DNA of 62,905 nucleotides, counting the filler, from Sphingomonadaceae bacterium (GTDB lineage: Bacteria; Chloroflexota; UBA6077), in NCBI GenBank assembly GCA_050261575.1. It is 4 parts of 4 records of this genome, joined end to end, with 100 filler letters (N's around TTAATTAATTAA, not from the genome) between each part and the next. Parts side by side here need not be neighbours in the genome. Positions count along the whole stretch, not along the records: positions 57,231 to 62,905 come from JBLNDL010000037.1; 3 more parts are not named here. One strand, written 5' to 3'. The notes beneath the pieces were generated by a model, which was not told where the DNA came from, made no database searches, and saw only the letters and a program-made list of their open reading frames with translations. Made by a program: the position numbers and the translations under genes. Of this stretch, positions 59,134 to 62,905 are shown in pieces; positions within the stretch are counted from its first letter, which is position 1, and every line of letters begins with the position of its first letter.

Positions 59134-60966
59134 GTGACGATGATCCCGTTCCACTCACGCGGGGCCGCGATCGCCACCACGGTCGCGCTCCTGGCGATGG
59201 GGGTGGCCGCGGCGGGCTGCTTCCCCAGCCCGGGCACCAGCACGCTGGACACCAGCTCCGCCCCAGAGTCCACCGATACCCCAACCGCCACACCGCGACC
59301 GCTGGTCATCGCGGTCGCCACCCCGGAGGAATGGCCCACCCCCTCCGCGACCTCCGGCAGGGCCACCCCCGCCAGGCCGACGGCCGCCACACCCTCCGTG
59401 ACCCCGACGGCCACCAGACCGGCCGCAACCCCCACCCTGGCGCCCATCAGCCAACTGCCGGAGCTGGCCCGCGCGCTCGACGAGAAGGCAGCGGCGCTCG
59501 CCCAGGCCATCTCCAGCCACGACTCCGACGCTGCACTGAGGCTACAGAGGGATCTCATCACCGAGGCCGAAAAGGTCGAGAAGACACTGCAGATCGACCG
59601 GTCCGCCGCGGCGGACCTGGTTCGCCAGGCTATCGGGGAGCTGAGGGCGGGGGCCGCGGGCGACGCAGGCAAGCTGGACTCCGCCAGGGACAAGCTGCGC
59701 CTGGCCGCCGGGTCTTCCTCCCCCAACGCCTCCGCCACCGGCGGGACGCCCGGCGCAGCCCGGAGCCCACAGGCCATCGCCACCTCGCTTCAATCTAAGC
59801 TGAGGTCGCTGGAGTCCGCGCGGCAGCAGAACAGCGTGGGCGACCTCCTCCGGCTCCAGCAGGAGCTGCAGACCGAGATAGCCGAGGGCGAGAAGGCCAT
59901 CGCGAGCCAGCACACCGAGGCGGCGGACAAGCTGCGCTCCGCCCTCCAGGAGCTGAAGGACGGCGTGGCTGGCGACGAGAACAAGCTGGCCTCGGCGGCC
60001 GATGCCCTCCAGGCCGTGGCATCGACCTCGGCTGCAACCGGCACCCGTACCACCGCCACGTCCCAGCAGGTTCAGTCCGCCGCCGCCAACCTGGACGGCA
60101 AGATCGCCGCGCTGCGCCAGGCCCTGTCGGGCGGCAGCAACGACGATCTGCTCCGCTCCCAGCGCGACCTGCTCGACGAGATCGACCGCACAGACGCCGC
60201 CCTCAAAGGGAACGACTCACAGGAAGCCGACCGGCTGCGCTCGGCCCTGGCTACGGCCAGGGAGGGGGCATCGGGCGATCCGGCGAAGCTGGATGGAGCC
60301 CGATCGCAGTTGGCAGACCTGGCCGGAAGCCAGAGCCAGACCCAACCAGGGCGGTCCACCGAGTCCGAACAGCCCGCGAGGGTGGCGGACATTCCGGCCA
60401 TCGCAAGCGAGCTCAGCAGAAGCGTGGATGCCTACCAGGAGGCCCTCGCAGCGGGCGATCGAGCCACGCTCCTGCGTCTGCAGCAGGAGCTGACCGAGCA
60501 GGTGAACCGCACCGAGCAAGCGGTCCGCGGCGGCTCCGGCTCGCAGGCGGAGCAGATGCGATCGGCCTTGGCGGACCTGAGGAACGGGCTGGGGGGCGAT
60601 GGCAGCAAGCTGAACTCGGCCAACGCCACGCTGCGGTTGGTGGCCGGCAGTTCGGAGCCCTCTCAGCAACCGCCCGCCTCTCAATCCGAGAGCGGCAGGC
60701 AGTCCGCCCGGGCGGTGCAGCAGGCGGCGAGGGATCTGTCCAAGACTATGGACAACGTGGCCTCCGCCCTGCGTAGCGCCGATCCCGAGGCCGTGGACAG
60801 GGCCAAGAAGGAGCTGGACCAGGCAGAGCAATCGCTCCGCCAGCTTCCGCCGTCGGAGACGGCGCCGCTCAGGGCGGCCATCGGCCAGGCCCGCGAGGCG
60901 CTCGGCGGAGACGAGGCGAAGCTGGACTCCGCCCGCAAGCAACTGGAGCAGGTGATCCCGCGGTAG
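59134..60966 (+). CDS. Hypothetical lipoprotein with Pro/Thr linker and five tandem ~80-aa helical repeats
   Basis: GGAGG RBS, signal peptide ending AAAGC, repeats ending GD..KL.sA. Confidence 0.8.
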   Translation: MTMIPFHSRGAAIATTVALLAMGVAAAGCFPSPGTSTLDTSSAPESTDTPTATPRPLVIAVATPEEWPTPSATSGRATPARPTAATPSVTPTATRPAATPTLAPISQLPELARALDEKAAALAQAISSHDSDAALRLQRDLITEAEKVEKTLQIDRSAAADLVRQAIGELRAGAAGDAGKLDSARDKLRLAAGSSSPNASATGGTPGAARSPQAIATSLQSKLRSLESARQQNSVGDLLRLQQELQTEIAEGEKAIASQHTEAADKLRSALQELKDGVAGDENKLASAADALQAVASTSAATGTRTTATSQQVQSAAANLDGKIAALRQALSGGSNDDLLRSQRDLLDEIDRTDAALKGNDSQEADRLRSALATAREGASGDPAKLDGARSQLADLAGSQSQTQPGRSTESEQPARVADIPAIASELSRSVDAYQEALAAGDRATLLRLQQELTEQVNRTEQAVRGGSGSQAEQMRSALADLRNGLGGDGSKLNSANATLRLVAGSSEPSQQPPASQSESGRQSARAVQQAARDLSKTMDNVASALRSADPEAVDRAKKELDQAEQSLRQLPPSETAPLRAAIGQAREALGGDEAKLDSARKQLEQVIPR

Positions 60967-60976
60967 TGGGTTGGGA

Positions 60977-61026
60977 ATCCCCCTCTCCCCCTGGGAGAGG
61001 GGGTTGCGGCCCCCCCTGGGAGAGGG
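60977..61026. repeat. CCCTCTCCC...GGGAGAGGG palindromic element, probable terminator between convergent genes
   Basis: CCCCTCTCCC-cct-GGGAGAGGGG hairpin plus a partial second copy. Confidence 0.6.
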
Positions 61027-61041
61027 CCGGCCCGCCCGCAG

Positions 61042-61860
61042 CTACAGATCCTTGCGGTTGAAGATCGCCTGGGCAGCCGCCAGCAGGACCGCGATGTAGG
61101 CCAGGGCGTAGACCACCACCCAGCCCGACGGCTGCGAGAGCACGATGAATGGTCCGACCCGCTCGAAGTAGCCGTAGCCCTCCTGGAGCATCGACGCCGA
61201 GAGCTTCGCCAGTGTGTCGGACGGGACCAGCAGCGAGATGCCGATGCCCACGTTCACCATCGCCTCGTTCTGGATCATGGAGCCCAGTTGCTCCATGAAA
61301 CCGCTCATCATCGCCACGGAGTAGAGGCCAAACACCACCACCCCGTTGGCCACCGTGGGCAGAAAGGTTGTGCCCAGGATCGAAAGGGAGAGCAGCACCA
61401 GCGACTCCAGCGCGAGCAGCATCGTCGCGGGAAGGAAGTTGACGGGCCACTGCCCCCAGAAGACGGCCACGGTGAGGCTCATCATCAGGGACAGCGCGAT
61501 CACGTAGGCGGTGAGCATCGCCGCGAAGCCGAGCCACTTGCCCATCAGCACGTCCCGACGGGTGAGGGGCTTCGGGACGAGGGCGTGGAGCGTCCCGGCA
61601 TCCACCTCCGAGGAGATGGTGCCCACCGAGAGGAACACCGCCATCAGCGCGGCTATCCCGCTCACGGCGTTCATGCCCAGGAGGGTCAACTGCAGGGCCA
61701 TCATTCGGGCGGGGCCGGCTTGGCCCACCTCCCGAAATGCCAGCCACACGAGCAGGGCGTACAGGATCGCGAAACCCAGGGTAAGGATCCCCACCCCGTG
61801 GACCACCCGCTTGTGCAGTGCCTCGCGAAAGGTGAAGCGGGCCATCAACAGCAGCTTCAT
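61042..61860 (-). CDS. ABC-2 type transporter permease
   Basis: About 6 TMs, TFREAL, ISSEVDAGT, KPLTR..V.MGKWLG, C-terminal FNRKDL. Confidence 0.9.
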   Translation of the reverse strand: MKLLLMARFTFREALHKRVVHGVGILTLGFAILYALLVWLAFREVGQAGPARMMALQLTLLGMNAVSGIAALMAVFLSVGTISSEVDAGTLHALVPKPLTRRDVLMGKWLGFAAMLTAYVIALSLMMSLTVAVFWGQWPVNFLPATMLLALESLVLLSLSILGTTFLPTVANGVVVFGLYSVAMMSGFMEQLGSMIQNEAMVNVGIGISLLVPSDTLAKLSASMLQEGYGYFERVGPFIVLSQPSGWVVVYALAYIAVLLAAAQAIFNRKDL

Positions 61861-62840
61861 CGCCCCCCCTCCCGCTCCACGGCCCGAATGAATAGGTCCT
61901 CCAGGGAGCCACGTCGCTGTCCGACCGAGTAGATCCTCGCACCGTGGCGCATCAGCGTCTCCGCCAGCAGCGGCACGGACTCCCTGTCGCCGAGGCGCAC
62001 CACGATCCGCCCGTCCGTCGCCTCCACCGACTGGCCTATGCCGCGCAGCGCCTCCAACGCCTCAGGCGTGACGCCGGTCGCCTCCACCTCCACCTCCAAA
62101 GCAGCGGCAAGCAGCTCCTGGAGTCTCCCGGTCGCTATCACCCGCCCGTGATTGATGATGGCAACGCGGTCGCACACCATCTCCACCTCCGACAGCAGGT
62201 GGGAGTTGAGGAACACCGTGCGGCCCTCCGCCTTGAGGTGGCGCATCAGGTCGCGCACGTCCCTCCGCCCGATCGGATCCAGGGCGGAGGTGGGCTCGTC
62301 CAGCAGCACCACATCCGGGTAGTTGAGGATCGCCATGCCCAAGCCGATCCGCTGCTGCATCCCCTTGGAGAACGTCCGCAGCAGAGACTTCGCCTCGCTG
62401 CGCAGCCCCACCAACTCCAGCACCTCGGGGATGCGCCGTCTCCGCTTCTCCGCAGGCATGCCGTACAGTTGGCCGTGGAAGTCCAGGAACTGCTCGGCGG
62501 TCAACCACTCGTGGAAACGGAACAGCTCCGGTAGGAAACCCACACGCTCCTTCGCGCGCCCATCATCCGGCGCGCGACCCAGCAGCCTGGCCTCCCCGGA
62601 GGTGGCCCGCACCAACCCCATCAACACCTTGATCGCCGTCGTCTTGCCCGCCCCATTGGGGCCGAGAAAACCGAAGATCTCCCCTCGAGGCACGGCCAGG
62701 GAGAGATCCTCCACCGCCACCTTGCGCCCGTACTCTTTGCGCAGGTGGCGGGTCTCTATCGCCAGGTCGCCGGCCGGCGACCACCGGGTCCCGTTCGTCA
62801 TATCATTGCCCGGCACGGGCGAAGCATTTTCCGCCGCCAA
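61857..62840 (-). CDS. ABC transporter ATP-binding protein
   Basis: GPNGAGKTT, FSKGMQQR, LLDEPT, NSHLL; start uncertain (62840 TTG or 62801 ATG). Confidence 0.93.
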   Translation of the reverse strand: MAAENASPVPGNDMTNGTRWSPAGDLAIETRHLRKEYGRKVAVEDLSLAVPRGEIFGFLGPNGAGKTTAIKVLMGLVRATSGEARLLGRAPDDGRAKERVGFLPELFRFHEWLTAEQFLDFHGQLYGMPAEKRRRRIPEVLELVGLRSEAKSLLRTFSKGMQQRIGLGMAILNYPDVVLLDEPTSALDPIGRRDVRDLMRHLKAEGRTVFLNSHLLSEVEMVCDRVAIINHGRVIATGRLQELLAAALEVEVEATGVTPEALEALRGIGQSVEATDGRIVVRLGDRESVPLLAETLMRHGARIYSVGQRRGSLEDLFIRAVEREGGR

Positions 62841-62905
62841 ATCTTAGCCCCAGCACACCCACATAAATTATAGATTTTGCCACCCCCAACAGATAGGCCA
62901 CGCCC

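Overview
High-GC bacterial DNA. Gene content (VanW, PBP1A, Pro/Thr linkers, Wzz without Wza) suggests a monoderm, possibly Chloroflexota; this is inference. The window is four contigs joined by N-padded TTAATTAATTAA linkers (21572-21670, 38514-38613, 57131-57230), so adjacency across the joins is not evidence of linkage. Contig 1 holds housekeeping and stress genes: a short hcp with a CRP/HcpR-type box, lon, MBL hydrolase, zincin, DAGK, VanW, glycerate kinase plus a glucosylglycerate-synthase-like GT, an NtrC-family regulator, a divergent UDG, PBP1A, htrA and ltaE. Contig 2 has a molybdopterin oxidoreductase divergent from a cobalamin-riboswitch-controlled corrinoid uptake/salvage operon (btuFCD-cobS-cbiB-cobD-cobC-cobQ-cobU-pduX-cobT-cobO), then a PAS kinase. 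Contig 3 is a 14-gene Wzx/Wzy polysaccharide cluster with a putative sigma-54 promoter and an AsnB/GNAT/flavin oxidoreductase/ATP-grasp tailoring set. Contig 4 has a SAM-I/IV-type riboswitch with metK, a lipoprotein with five tandem helical repeats, and an ABC transporter. The most notable unexplained signals are: two isolated repeat-spacer-repeat units with CRISPR-like dimensions (29-32-29 and 36-36-36 bp), REP-like and heptamer repeats translated in frame inside pduX, cobC and btuD, the polysaccharide tailoring set, and the five-repeat lipoprotein.
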